Positions 50,733 to 64,000 of a stretch of DNA of 64,000 nt are shown here, in pieces. Position numbers and translations under genes: made by a program. Within the stretch, counting starts at the first letter, position 1. The number at the start of each line of letters is the position of its first letter. The stretch comes from Saccostrea cucullata (taxonomy: Eukaryota): positions 62,001 through 126,000 of the forward strand of contig NW_026925150.1 of assembly GCF_032062105.1 (NCBI RefSeq), read 5' to 3'. Under the pieces are notes generated by a model. The model saw only the letters and a list, made by a program, of their open reading frames with translations, was not told where the DNA came from and did no database searches.

Positions 50733-53700
50733 CTAGTTATTTTTACCCACAATTCCATTGGCTGTGTTGAAGAGGTTGATAGGACTGTTACCGTCAGTGA
50801 TCAAAACACTCTCCATTCCAAGAGCTTTCAACAGATTTACCTGTATTAAAAATAAAAGGAAATTGTCAAAATGGGATATCATATTCAACGTATAATACAG
50901 CTGCTGAACTTTGCCAACTCTCAAATTCCAAATACCACGGATATGTCAAAGTGATTTGAAAGTCTGTATCATTTTTTCAAAAATTGAAGTATTTTACCCC
51001 AAATATCTAAAATCCTTGAATCATTTTTTTTTCTCTTGATCTAATAAAATTTGCACGGGGTAACAAGAACATTAATTTTAAATTTATTTATATAATGAGT
51101 TTCCATAAGTACATGTATTTACATTAATTTTGTATCTTCATGTAATAACGTTGCATAAATTCATGTATTTGAATACAAGTTGGGATATGAAAAACCTCTC
51201 CATACCTGATAAGCTTTGGATTGCAATCGCAATGGCCATTTTAGCATGAATCGACATGTACTTCGATCCTCAAGAAAATGTGTAGAAAATGATAAGAACA
51301 AAATAACCGCAGTGTTGTAAAAAAGAAAACACAGCACTGCTATTTTTACAGACTTAGCATATTACAATAATAATGCCTTTCTCTCTCTTGATCTATTCAT
51401 TCATAACCCTTTACATTTGATTCCTTGCCTGAAAAATGTGAAGTCCTCAACAAAATGAAGAAGAAAAAAAAAAATGATGTGAAAATAACTGTGTTGTACA
51501 CCAGGTGATAAAACAAATTATAAATGTTAACTACACAGTTTCTAAAGTATTAATTACAAAACTCAATATTGGCCATTTTTTTTCTTTGTGGACCTAACTC
51601 ACAGATTCCTGAGCAGCTAGCTGTGCATTGTGTTCAATTTCTGCTGCCTCTGCTCTCAATCTGGCAGCTGGAAATGGAAAATAAAAAAAAGGGAATTTAT
51701 TCATGTAAACAGATGCCGTTTTCAAAATATGATTTTTGTAGAAATTTTAAGCCTTAACAGCAACATCTTTTGGGTTCCCTTTTCCATGTTTTAAAATCAG
51801 TTGTGCTTAAGGGTGGTTTTATGCCCATGTTCCAAGGTCAACCTACATGGTAACTGATATCACTCACCTCTCCTCTTCCAACTTAATAGTAACAAACCTC
51901 ACACTTAGGGATCATTTCCATCTGAGGCTAAATGTACAATTTTTAAACAAGACACACTTGTCAATCTCACCCTCTTTTGTCAATGATGATCCTCTCATAC
52001 TATTTCATTTGGTAAGCAGCGGGTTAGCTGGCGGGGTGCATTGTGTAGATCACTATATTTCTGACACCTTATTTTTCGCTCTCATTGATCTGATTAGCAA
52101 GACAAAATTTTCACAAATTGTGGTGATTGCTTTATATAATCTAAAGGAATGCTTTTATACGCGAGAATTAAATTTTCCGAGCACACTGTCTCGCATAATT
52201 GCATGAAAATAAAGTTTTTGCGAATAAAAAGTGATTTACAGTATTTTGGCTTCTGAATCGCTATAATAGTCAGTACTCTTATTAGTGTTCATACTGTATT
52301 CAAAGAGCTGAAGTAATGTCTGCTAAAATAAATAATGTCAAAATCATTGGCATACATTTGAGCAGACAAAAGGCCAAATTTTACACCCGCCAAGAAAACC
52401 CTAAAAGGTAACTTTTGTCAATCACCTAGTTAGCCTGTGCATGGATATGACATGTAGCAATCTCTCAAAGTTTACCGTTACCATCTGCGGTTTAGACTTC
52501 TGGAGCCAGTTTTAAATGCTACTCACCTTCAATCTCGCTCTCACACTCAATGATGATCCTCTCGGCCTGAGCCTGGGCCTCTGCCTTGGCCTGCCCTGTA
52601 GACTCGACGGCAGCAGTGATAGCCTGGAGCTCCAGCAGTTTGGTTCTCTCCTTCTCAGCCTCTTTCTCGTTGTACAGTTTTTGTCGTTCTAATTCCCCCC
52701 GCGCTATCTGTTCATTCCTAGCTGCCTCATGTGATGCTGCTGCCTCAATGGAGCTAAAAAAGCGTAAATTTTTTATTTGTTGAGAGTCACTTTTATAATT
52801 TTCTTTGAATTTATTGTAATTTTTTTGTATATGAATTTCATAAGAGTTATCTCCCTTAAAATGTGTTTTTTAGTACATTTTTCATTTCCATGAGAAAATT
52901 TGAAAATATACTTATTCAAATACATAATGCAAGCTTGATGAAAAGTGGACATTAAATGGATTTTCTTTTAGAAATAAATTTCTATAAAGATTTTGGATTA
53001 ATTAATGTGTCTGGGTCTTACTTAGTGGAGATCTCTATGGCCAGTTGTACAGATTTACTGAGGCTGTCTCTCATCTTTACGTCTACTGGTTCTATACTCT
53101 GGATGTCCATGCTGCTTAGTACCTAAAATGGATATAGGCATACAGTGTATTCCAACAAAAATGGGAATACAATGTTTTCCAATTGCTGGATATACATTGC
53201 CGTATTTACACTGTGTGAATGTAATTGAAAATATCATTGTCAACATATACAATCATGCAAATCATTTTACATTTATCTCAATTGCAGTTTGATTTTCTTA
53301 ATGCAGGGTCTTTAAAAGAGAAATTCTGTCTACCAAAGAAAAGTAGCAATTTTAAGGGGTTAATTAATGTCATTCATAAAATTAGTGATTTAGATACATA
53401 ACACTTCACTGTGAAGTAGCATAAATAAAAACAAAAGATGAAACAATACACCTGTAGACTTTTATTCATGTGCGAAAAATATTCATGAGTTTTGTGACTT
53501 ATTTTCAGTTGGGATATACATTGCCGTATCACTGTGTGAACCATTTATTTTGCTTTGCTTTTGTAGAAAATGTTTCTTTATTTGCGAAAATTAATCATTG
53601 CCTATTAATTTCAAACTGATGAATCGCTAATAATAGTTGGTTTACAGTATCTAAATAATGATTTATAAATAAATTTCCAGACATATTTTATCAAATTTGA

Positions 53701-56700
53701 CACCTACCAGGTTATTTTCAGGGAACCTGACTTCATTATTCATCTGACCTTTGGCATTTAGACCAAACACTGCTGTGGTGAGTACTTGGTTGGAATGTCG
53801 ATGGAAGTCATCAAACGTGACCTGAGCCACAGCAGCTCTGATACGAGCACCTGTAAATTAATTAAAATAAAATCTAATTTTGTAATTTGATCGATTGAAT
53901 GTTTTATCAATAACAATCAAAAAGACTTCTACTTTTTTCAGACTGACTGGATTTTCAAGATGCAACAACTCTTATTTAAATGGAAATACCAGGCCTGAAA
54001 ATATTTTTATGGAGAACAATAGTCTTTTTAGGTAGATGTATCAGGTGATAATTTTTTCACTCTCTTACATGTAGGTCTCTTTGTTCACCAATATTTGAGG
54101 TGTAATAAGGTGTAATAAATAGATGTCCAGAAATTTTTTTTTTTTTTAACATCAAATTACCCAATCTTACCCATTTGTTTAGAAGCAAATCCAATGAAGT
54201 CTGGCACAGCAAACAATTTACATTTCTCTTCTTCTGGACCATCAAGGTCATACTGAAAAAAAAGACAAATTATATATTAAAAATATTAAAGCGTCTTCTT
54301 CCAATAAAAAAAAAAACCAACTTATTCATAAAATGCTCTCTTTTGCCTATATATATATAGATATGTATATATACACTTCATGTTTACCTCAAAATGATTG
54401 TTAAACGCCACTTGGATTCTTAAACGAGCATGGTCTGATGTTTCCACCTAAAGTATTTATTAGGAATTATAAAGCCTTGTGTAATGCAGGGGAAAAAATA
54501 AATCAAATAAATAATTTTCATAAAATTGTAAAATTGAAATATCCTTTTGAGATTTAAAGAGTTTTCAATACATTGCAAATAAATATTTTTTCATTTTTTT
54601 ATGCTTTGATATACATGTACATGTAATGGGATACATTATTGTTAAACATAGCACATACAAACTGTGTGTAAAATTTTAAATGTTCAAGTCTAAACTTTAA
54701 ATTTATGTATATATGTATATAATTATACGAATCTACCTCTAATATGTCTGTTATAAAATCTGGCCCCAACATAAGGCACAGAGACTTTAATGAATTGGAC
54801 TTCTTTGGTTTTCCAGCTAAAATAAAAGCATATTGATCAATTTTCATTTTTCTAGGTCTTATTTTGTTTTTTAAATACTGTTGACGTACTATTTTTCACG
54901 GGGTCATAATTCCAAGGAATCTCAATTTCTCTTGAATCAGCGGGTAGAAAATTATGCAAATTTCTTAGCCCCTCACTCTATTCCTTACAAGTATTTTGAA
55001 TATGATGGGACAAATTTCCAAGGATAATTTGTGACCACATACATAGTGTAAATTAATACCAAGTGGAAAAAGTACTTCTACAGTAAGTTTAAATTGACAA
55101 AAAAAAATCAACATGAACTGGAGATTGCTTACCACTGAGGCTTAGAACATTGAAATTCTCGTGTGGTCCCAGAATGACTAGATCTGGACCAAACACCACT
55201 CTGGCCGTCCTCTCCAGGTAATTATACACCTGAACAGCTGTGTTACCAGGGCAACGGTAGGTCACCACCCTCGTCTTGTTTCTGCCCTGAAAAATGATCA
55301 GATTTTTCTAAAATTCTTAACAAAGAAAAATAATAAATAGATAAAATTTTCAAATTTAATTTTTAATCCCATGGTAACAGTTAATAACAATTAGCATTTA
55401 ATCTAAAATAAAACTTCATGATTGAACTTACGAGCACAAAAAAAATTCAGTGGTAATTGTATTAAAAATTGTTGTAAAATGTGGTAATATTTACCGCTAA
55501 TACGTGGGGGTCAATGGACTGTTCAAAATAAGCCATCTTTCTTATATCTCCTGTACCTAGCCCTCCTCCTTGTCTGCATGTGGAGTGAAATAGATAATTA
55601 TTAAGTAAAAGACTAAATATTATCTCATCATGTTATCATTTGCATTAAAGTCATTCAATATATCAGGTTTCAATGTAAAAGCTTGTTATCCTGGTCCTGA
55701 GCTATTGAGACATGATACTGCATATAAAGTAGAATTTTTAGCAAGAACTCAATTTTCAATTTGCATAATTATAGAGGGTGCAGAGATCAGTAAAATTGAA
55801 TATCGCTAACAGTTAACTGTGTAATATTGAAGAAGACAGGTAAATTAGGTTAACCTACTTGAGTAATTCTTCTGTAACTGCGGGTAGGTCTTTCTCCCAC
55901 AGCTCCTCAAATGCTGTCAACATATAGGACTTAGGACCCATTTCTGCCCTCACCTGTTTAAAATAAATAGGACTTCATTTGTGATTTGGTTTACTATACA
56001 TATGTATATACATGTAAATTTCTGTTTAATATTTTTACCTTTCCTGTCTGCAAGTCTTTGATATATATCCCTTCATTTTTGCTCAAAGGAATCTTGGTTC
56101 TACAAAATAAAATGAAAAATGGAGATTTATTACAAGATTCTATTAGAGCCACAGCTGCATCTGTTTTTTTTTTTAGTTCTTTTGTATTCTTTGACAAAGA
56201 AAGTTGAAAGAAATGTTAGAGAAATTCATTATTGCTGGGGGGGGGGGGGGGGTATGCTTTATGCTTGTACATGATCAAAATAAACACACATACATCAATC
56301 TTTTTAACTGAAATTAGAGACAGTTGAATGTTACAAGTTCTAGAAAAAATTTTTAAAAATGCTTTTTAAGTAATGTTTTAAGTTATATAGTCATCAGAGC
56401 AAAATGACCACTGTCTATATTCAGTACTAGATGACAGTAGCATATATTGTTTTTTACCTTGTTTTGACGACCTTGACCTCTATCGGGGGTATGTACTCCA
56501 GGGGTCCTCTCAACATCCATACATCTCCTGGACTCCTCTTCTTACCTACAGTGTATAAAACATAGAATAGGTTAATTTTGAGATTTGACCCTTCTTTTGG
56601 TAATTTGCAGCATTACATTGGACTATACAAAATCTGTCTCGACTCCACATTTCTATGGTATTTGAGACAATGATGTTAAAGATACAAGTTCAACTAAACC

Positions 56701-59700
56701 TTGTTGAACTTAAAGGCAACTTCTGAAATACAGCATATTGTAAAATCACATACTTTTATGGGGTCAAATTTTCGTGGTTTCAGGAAAATCTATTAGTTCT
56801 TGGGGATTTAATTTCGTGGACCATGAATTAATGAGCATTTATGTAGGTAACATTTTACATTTCATTGTGGTCATGAATTCGTGGGTCTCGTCATACCTTG
56901 AAAAAAAAAACAAAAATTGAACCCTCATGAAAATGTGATTTCACAGTATATGCACATGCAGTATTGTTTGCTCCACTGGAAAATAACTCCCCAAACCAGT
57001 TTATTTATTTTGTATTTGATGAGATGATTATACACTAGCTGTCTCACCTTTGAACATGGTGTCTCTGTATTCTTCCTCTGCTTGTAAAACAATGGCGTCG
57101 TCTTCTCCCAGAATGTGGACATTTTGTACTCCTTTCTCTAAGCTCTCCCCTACACAAAACAAAAGTTTTCTCTCTAGTCTTTGTTACTTGGAAACATTAT
57201 ACATCAATTTTATTTCCAAAGATAAAAAATAAATATAAAAAATATCAATATTATTTTATATATATATATAGAAACATGTTACATGCTGGAATATAAAAAA
57301 ACTATTTTTAAATGTAATATACATTAATTTTATTTTGAAAATTTGTCTTAAGGTAAAAAAAAAAAACTGCATGCCCAATTTTTTTTTAAATTTTGCATAA
57401 CTTAAAATTAATTATGATAGAGAAAAGCTATAGGACTCAATTATTCATCTCCCTTTCTTGTACAGGGACGTTTATAACTCTTAAAAAAAAATCAATTTTA
57501 TATGTAGAAATGTTGTTTTGTATGCTTTTTTTTGTAATTGTGTGCTGATGAATATAAAAATCGATCATTTCAATTTCAAATTGGTTTAAGGGAACTCAAC
57601 CTATTGTGTACTTGCACTTTAAATGCAAGAACTTCATTTTAATTATTTTGAAATTTTGTCTAAGGAAAAAATTCAGAAACCTGCATGCCCAATTTTTTTT
57701 TTTTAAATTTTGCATAACTTAAAATTAATTATGATAGAGAAAAGCTATAGGACTCAATTATTCATCTCCCTTTCTTACCTGGGTGGAGGAAGAAGCTACA
57801 GGGCCCCACCCTCAGTTCCCGTTTATAACTCTTACCTGGGTGGAGGAAGAAGCTACAGGGCCCCACCCTCAGTTCCCGTTTTCCCAACTGTGGCTTCCCT
57901 TTCTTGTCTACCACATCTTTAATGACACAGTACTGTCCCTTCCACAAAACCTTGATGGTCTCCGCTGATGTCACTTCCTGTTTGAAGAAAAAAAAATTAT
58001 ACACATGGTGCCTGGATGAATTTAGAACTTCCTGCTGAACAAAATTTAAAATATATTCTCTCACAGGTTTATTTTTGCCTTAGGTTTATAATTTTCAATC
58101 TACAACCCTTGCTAGTTGAATATCCTCTCCTTTCAAAGAATTTACATTGGCAAAATTTTTCCTGTATACAGCATATAAATTAATGTACAATATGTAGCTT
58201 TACGACTTATTTTTTTTTCACAGGATAATAATCTTTCTTTGTACCAGCATCTGCGTGCAGCACTGATTTAATGCTCACAAACTTCCTTAATTAAAAAACC
58301 CCATCAAGATTCTGCTTACCACACCAATTTCTGGATAATAGTGATCAGTCTCAGCTCCCGTCAACAGCCACTGCTCTCCAGCCATTCTAATAAATTTATA
58401 ATAAGTCTAGTTAGTAACTCAATTAATTAATTCAATCTTTACTGCTGTCCAGCTTTAAATTTGTTCAAACAAAAGAAAAACCAGCACCTTTCGAAACTTT
58501 CTTTTACAGCGCATCATGTTTATTCATCATTTTTTTATGACAAACTTTACTTCTGAATAAATTCTGCACTCAATATAAACAGAGTCCTCAACAGAAAAAA
58601 TTACTAGTGATGAATGGATGTTAAAGGGACAAATCCCAAATAAATGTTATATCAAATAAATGTTGTAAGTTCTACTATTGGAAAAAGGTATAAATATAAT
58701 GAACAGATCTAGTTCATCTAAAAGAATCCATAAACAATATAAACAATTATATGAGGAGGGCGAAAACAAACATTTCTGGAAATTCCAGAGGTGGGATCAG
58801 GTGCCTTGGAGGAGTCAGCTTCCCCCTTTTCACCGGACCCACTTGCCTTCTATAAAAATTTCCTTAAATCGTGACTGTCACTATCAAAGTACATGAATAC
58901 TGTAAACCAACTTTTATTTGCGACGACTTTATTTCACGATTTACCAGGGGTGACTAAGCGACGATTATAATTTTTGCGATCAAGCCAAATTTGGAACTGT
59001 TATTAATGGACACAGAGACTTTAAAGAATGGTTCATGGCGAGAAATATTCGCGATGAGTGAACTTTGCGAAAATATCTTGCACAAGAATAAAAGTTAGTT
59101 TACAGTATACCTTTGGATTCCCTGACTGTCCACCATGGTTTGTAAGGCCTGTAGGAAAATCCCGTTGTTTGGAGTCAGAGTGATACATTGTAGAACGGAA
59201 ACTATCTGTGAAATAAATGTAAGATGTCAATTAATATACTCAACGTACATTGTCAATATACTAATACAATGTCAGTGCATGCTGTGTACAACTCAATGGA
59301 CATGTACTGTGTCAATTTACAATATCACTATAATAATTACACAAATCAATGTACAGTGTCAATATACAATATCAAAATGTACTTTATACAACCCAGTGTT
59401 ATGCACATTGTCCCTAAGACTCAGGGGTCATGGAACTTTTCTTTCTATGCTTCACACCAGTATTTTTATCATGAAGCGCTAATGCGCTCCATAAAATATG
59501 CCGGCATTACATGTAAGCGTCGTAGTTCATGTCCCCATGAACTGTCAAAAATTAAATTCATTTCTTAAATGTATGCTCATTTGTGCATGCAATAAAATGT
59601 ACTACATGCAGCAATTACATCTGCATTCAAAATGTAAACAAAACAGGAAGGATGCCAAGAGTTATATTAAAATAAATAGAGAACCACTAAGGTATACAGT

Positions 59701-62700
59701 CATTTCTATTTTTGGACTTTTTCAAGAGGAAGAAAGGAGGAAACTGTATTAACATGTATGTCCTGGTATTAAATCCAGACTTTTTTTCATATTTGAACAA
59801 CTGCTAAATCAGTAAATCTCATTATCAAAATAGCTAAAAAGAATTTCAGAAAAAATAATGATATGAAAAATTATGTGCCCTGAATTATGTGAATGCATGA
59901 TGTACAATCAGCGTTGTGGGGGTCTGGGGTACCAATGTTGCTGGATTTCCCATATTATGTCCCTATAAAACCAACAAAATTTTGCATGCCCATTGAACAT
60001 TGACCACCCACAAATCAAAGTGATTCCAGAGTATTAAGGTGGAAATGATAAATTGTGTGGATAGAAGTCTGACCTCTTCGTAAACATCAGGGAGGTACGC
60101 TCCTGGCTTGTTGATCATCCATTCCTCTCCAGTGACTCGTTTCCTTTCCAAATAAAGTACACAAAATATACATACTTACTATTTAAACTGGAAGATAAAA
60201 GCTAGGAAGGACATGTATTTCTACATTTTATCTGCAAGATTTATAATAGTCTTTCATTTATTCAAGTGCTTGCACTTAAAAATATGATAGTTTTTCAATA
60301 ATTCAATTTCATTAATTTAAGATTAAATGATTGCATAAAATAAATATGATTCATTCTCCATATCCACTAGACTAAGTTAAAAAAAAGAAATTTATTTGCT
60401 GTCCATTTTATTGTTTATTTTTCCAATATCTTCCCCACCCCCATTCTTATACTCCCAACTTTCTAAATGGTGTAATACCGGCAAAACCCCTAGGTTATGA
60501 ACATGATGCACTTTCAAATGAAGATTGAAGTGATTTTAATAACACAGAAGAATAAACAAAATATACAAATTAATGCAAACACAAAAAGAAACTGTATAGA
60601 AAAAAGCAATTTTTACTAAACTGCATGCGCTGTATTTTCTAAAACATTTTAGCATAGCTGACTTATATTGCATACTGTAAACCAACTTTATTTCGCGATT
60701 TACTGGGAGTAAAGTTGTTCGCAACGATTAATTTTTGCGATCAAGCCTTTTTTGGATCTATTTTTAATAGAAAAAAGACTTTAAGGACCTGTTCACGGCG
60801 AGAAATATTCGCGATGACAAGGCTCTCGCTAACCTTGCGAAAATTTCTCACACGCTAATAAAAGTTGGTTTACAGTATATTACTTTAAAATGCTAATTTT
60901 AAAATAACAGCTAGACAAGACACCTACTTTCCAAATCGATCTGTGAATCCTTGAGTTGCTCTTAATTTTAATGACTCTCCCTGCCTAATTACAAGAGGTT
61001 TGATGATGTCTTCTACTTCCTGGATGTAAATAAAAAGGATTTATCCATGCATGAACATTAAAACAAACTATTTCTTTAAAAAAATTTACTTTCACCATGT
61101 TAACACAATTCACCAAAGCTTTAGAGTACAAAAACTATAATAACATAATGATTTTTTTTAAAAAGTGGTTTTTTTTTCAATTTTAAAAAATGTATTAATT
61201 CAGCAAAGTTAAATTCTATTTGCTGTGTTTTTGACATTCAATAAATAAATTAATTACAATTTTAAAGTTTTTCTTCTGGAATCTAAAGGTATAAACAGTC
61301 TTCAGATAAAATAATTGAATTGACCCATGTTGACCTTGTTGACCCTTTACTTACTGCCTCTGGCTTGGGTCGATAGGTCAAAGGTCCCTCCAGCTGCCAT
61401 TTATCTCCAGCCTGGTGTTTTCCGTGGGCGTCTTCAAAGTCAATGTTAGCGACCAATCGGATTGCATGATTGGCCTGAATGACAGGCAGAGGTTTGATAG
61501 CAATGCTGTAGTCAGGTCTGTTCCTCAGGAAGTCAGGAGCATGGAGAAGAGTTTCCCCGGGGTACAAGGGGAAAGGAGAATCCTATAAATAGAAACAATA
61601 GTCCTAAATATAGAAAAAAATTCAAGATCAACTTCTGTTTTCATTTTCTAACTTCCGAGAGTGAAATTAAAGTTTAAATTAAATGTTGCATAAATATCAG
61701 TGTTTTAATTTGATGCCTGGGAATTTCATTTTTTCTAGTATAAATCTATGAACCAAGAAGATGGGAAATTTCAGAAGGGTTAATTTAAATTGCCGTTACA
61801 CCATTTACAAGCAGAGTGGTTTGTATTCTATCCTGGAAACTTATTCAAGTCTGCACATTTTGCCAGCAAACATAGCTAAAGAGCTAATATCTCTGACCTT
61901 TATACATGACTGCATAAACATGATAAAGTCATGCTTAACTGTGTAAGGTTAAAAATAAAACTAGAACTGTCCAAACAGGACAAAATACCCTCCGCTGGGT
62001 TTTTCTGAGGTACGTTTTTCCATAAAGATTATATTTAAGATATGTATCAAACACAAATTATGAAATTTTTTTAACAGTGACCTTGAACTTCTCCAAATGA
62101 CCTTGGGTCAAGGTCATGACACACTCTTGGGTCATGGGCAATCTTTGTGTGAAAAGAGAACCTACCAAGTTTATCCATAAGAAAAATATGGACCGGACAC
62201 AAATTATGAATTTTTTCTTCAAGTGACCTTGAACTTCCCCAAATGACCTGGGGTCAATGTCAAGACACACCCTTGGGTCATGGGCAATCTTTGTGTGAAA
62301 TGAGAACCTACCAAGTTTATCCATAAGAATGATATGGACCGGACACGAATTATGAAATTTTTCTTCCAGTGACCTTGAACTTCCCCAAATGACCTTAGGT
62401 CTAGGTCATGACACACCCTTGGGTCATGGGCAATCTTTGTGTGAAATGAGAACCTACCAAGTTTATCCATAAGAAAGATATGGACCGGACAGGAATTATG
62501 AATTTTTTCTTCCAGTGACCTTGAACTTCCCCAAATGACCTTGGGTCAAGGTCATGACACACCCTTGGGTCATGGGCAATCTTAGTGTGGAGTGCATAAC
62601 GTCCCTCTGCTTATGGACCGGACTGTGCACAGACAGACGGACAAGGTGATTCCTATATACCCCCCAAACTTCGTTTGCGGGGAATATAATAATAAACTTA

Positions 62701-63186
62701 CAGCATTAAACTTGACTGCACTTTGTCCAATTTTGAGTTCACTTGCTTCACCTGGTACATAATTGCTGCAAAAATAAATTTTAAAATAAAAGATTACTTT
62801 GCATTAAATTTGTTTAATTACTTTTATCTCATACTCTGACCCAATCCCCCAAAATTTTCTTTTACACATCTGTAGAAAATTTTTATATTTATATATCCAA
62901 ACAGAATGTGCCTCAATATGTTAACACAAGTAAGCCCATTCATTTTAACCCCTCCTACATGTATCTTTTCAACTCAAATATTAACACAAAACATATGCAA
63001 AACAAAAAAAAACGTAATTCAGACTAATTTCTCATGGAGGTAAAAGTAGTACCTGCAAGGATCTTTGATAATGCAATAAAAGCCTGGTTTTACAATGACC
63101 ATAGGTAGGGGCTGGGTCACCAACTTCTCGTTTGTTTTCAGTGGTACTGTCTGCGGCCCAACTTCTAATCTGGTGATGTTAGAATT
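50733..63186 (-). CDS. MVP: Major vault protein (MVP-family), 5'-incomplete in window
   Basis: GT-AG exons (5'->3'): 63186-63053, 62765-62702, 61582-61355, 61019-60928, 60143-60074, 59205-59111, 58386-58320, 57977-57836, 57149-57048, 56545-56458, 56099-56039, 55953-55859, 55573-55495, 55286-55133, 54816-54737, 54447-54388, 54252-54171, 53850-53708, 53122-53022, 52753-52527, 51667-51603, 50840-50733. Motifs: [135 protein letters not shown]. Confidence 0.95.
57779..57892 (-). repeat. 57-bp tandem duplication of an MVP exon 3' end plus splice donor
   Basis: cttacctgggtggaggaagaagctacagggccccaccctcagttcccgttt repeated exactly; donors at 57834-57835 and 57777-57778. Confidence 0.92.
58898..59107. 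mobile_element. Mariner-type MITE (tactgtaaaccaacttt...aaagttagtttacagta)
   Basis: Inverted termini; closely related copy at 60673-60877. Confidence 0.85.
60673..60877. mobile_element. Mariner-type MITE, same family as 58898-59107
   Basis: tactgtaaaccaactttatttcgcg ... aataaaagttggtttacagta. Confidence 0.85.
61958..62690 (-). mobile_element. Helentron-type element with ~146-bp tandem monomers (MVP intron)
   Basis: gtgaccttgaactt monomers at ~62078, 62223, 62369 and 62515; (ACAG/ACGG) microsatellite; terminal ccccaaacttcgtttgcgggg; ends ~10 bp from an exon donor. Confidence 0.85.
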
Positions 63187-64000
63187 CTGTACAAAAGAAA
63201 AAAAAAATCAGTGAGTTCATTATAAAAAATAGCCAATACAGTTAACTTAGGAATACAGCGAAACTCCTTTAGTACCAACACAGATATTGCAAATTGTATA
63301 ACAAACTTAAAAAATAAGTTATCTTGGATCCTCATGCTATACAAATTTAATGAATTCCTTCTACGGATATATAACGAATAACAGATATAATGAAGTAATT
63401 TATAGGTTCTAGTGACTTAATTAAAACCAAGTTTTACTGTTTTGTTTTTATTGCAAGGTACCGTAAATAAATCTTTCTAAATTTACATAATTATTTGTAC
63501 ATGGACAAGACCCGTTCAGGCTCCTTGAATAGTCATACATGTACTGTTGATTATTATCATAAAAAGAAAACAGTATAAACAAAAGAAAACATAATAATAT
63601 TCATGATAATTATTCTAAATACTTGACCTCAATCAATAAATTTTTTTTACTTATTTAATTTTTTTTTTTTTGATTGGGCTAGGGGGGGGGGATACAAAAT
63701 TAATTTTAAAAAAGAAATGATAAAAACTAAATGAAATAAAAAGAAAAAAATATAATGAATTATGTCACTAGTGGATTTTTTCAAGATCCTGATCAGAAAA
63801 AATTATTGAAAATTCCCAAAATTCAACTCTTATCTAACACTTGATAAAGAAAAAAAAAACATTGATTGAAACCTTTTTTTTTTATAGTGGGAGGAAATGT
63901 AGCTCAGACAGGTAAGTCTAGTGCATTGTAAATTTTGTATGCACATATGATTACACTCTCAACTTTTTTTAGGACAAAACACCCGTGGATTCTATTTTAA

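Noticed and set aside
62058-62470. Two repetitive ORFs ([19 protein letters not shown]...)
   Set aside because: Translation of 146-bp satellite monomers in a Helentron-type element.
63190-64000. First coding exon of MVP
   Set aside because: No match to the expected N-terminal HYIHVLD-like segment; it probably lies beyond the window.

Overview
AT-rich eukaryotic genomic DNA, most likely a bivalve/oyster judging from Cg170-like satellite monomers inside Helentron-type elements (an inference). The first ~34 kb has no host gene that I can detect and is a stack of mobile elements. These include a decayed CR1/L2-group LINE whose ORF2 carries a 2A/StopGo motif, a DD34E Tc1 element, and many nested MITEs and foldbacks with readable target-site duplications. 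The last ~30 kb holds two convergent multi-exon genes: TELO2 (+, 34652-47397) and a major vault protein gene (-, 63186-50733, first coding exon outside the window). Four oddities stand out. (i) Both genes appear to lack a conserved internal exon block, and in each case an unrelated exon-like piece sits in the gap. (ii) Splice sites are tandemly amplified: a 36-bp acceptor array in TELO2 and a 57-bp in-frame donor duplication in MVP. (iii) A foldback element with a 6-bp TSD is built from palindromic 21-22-bp repeats. (iv) Two ~100-bp perfect hairpin insertions carry different TSD classes. Exon coordinates were read by hand and family assignments come from recalled motifs, not database searches.
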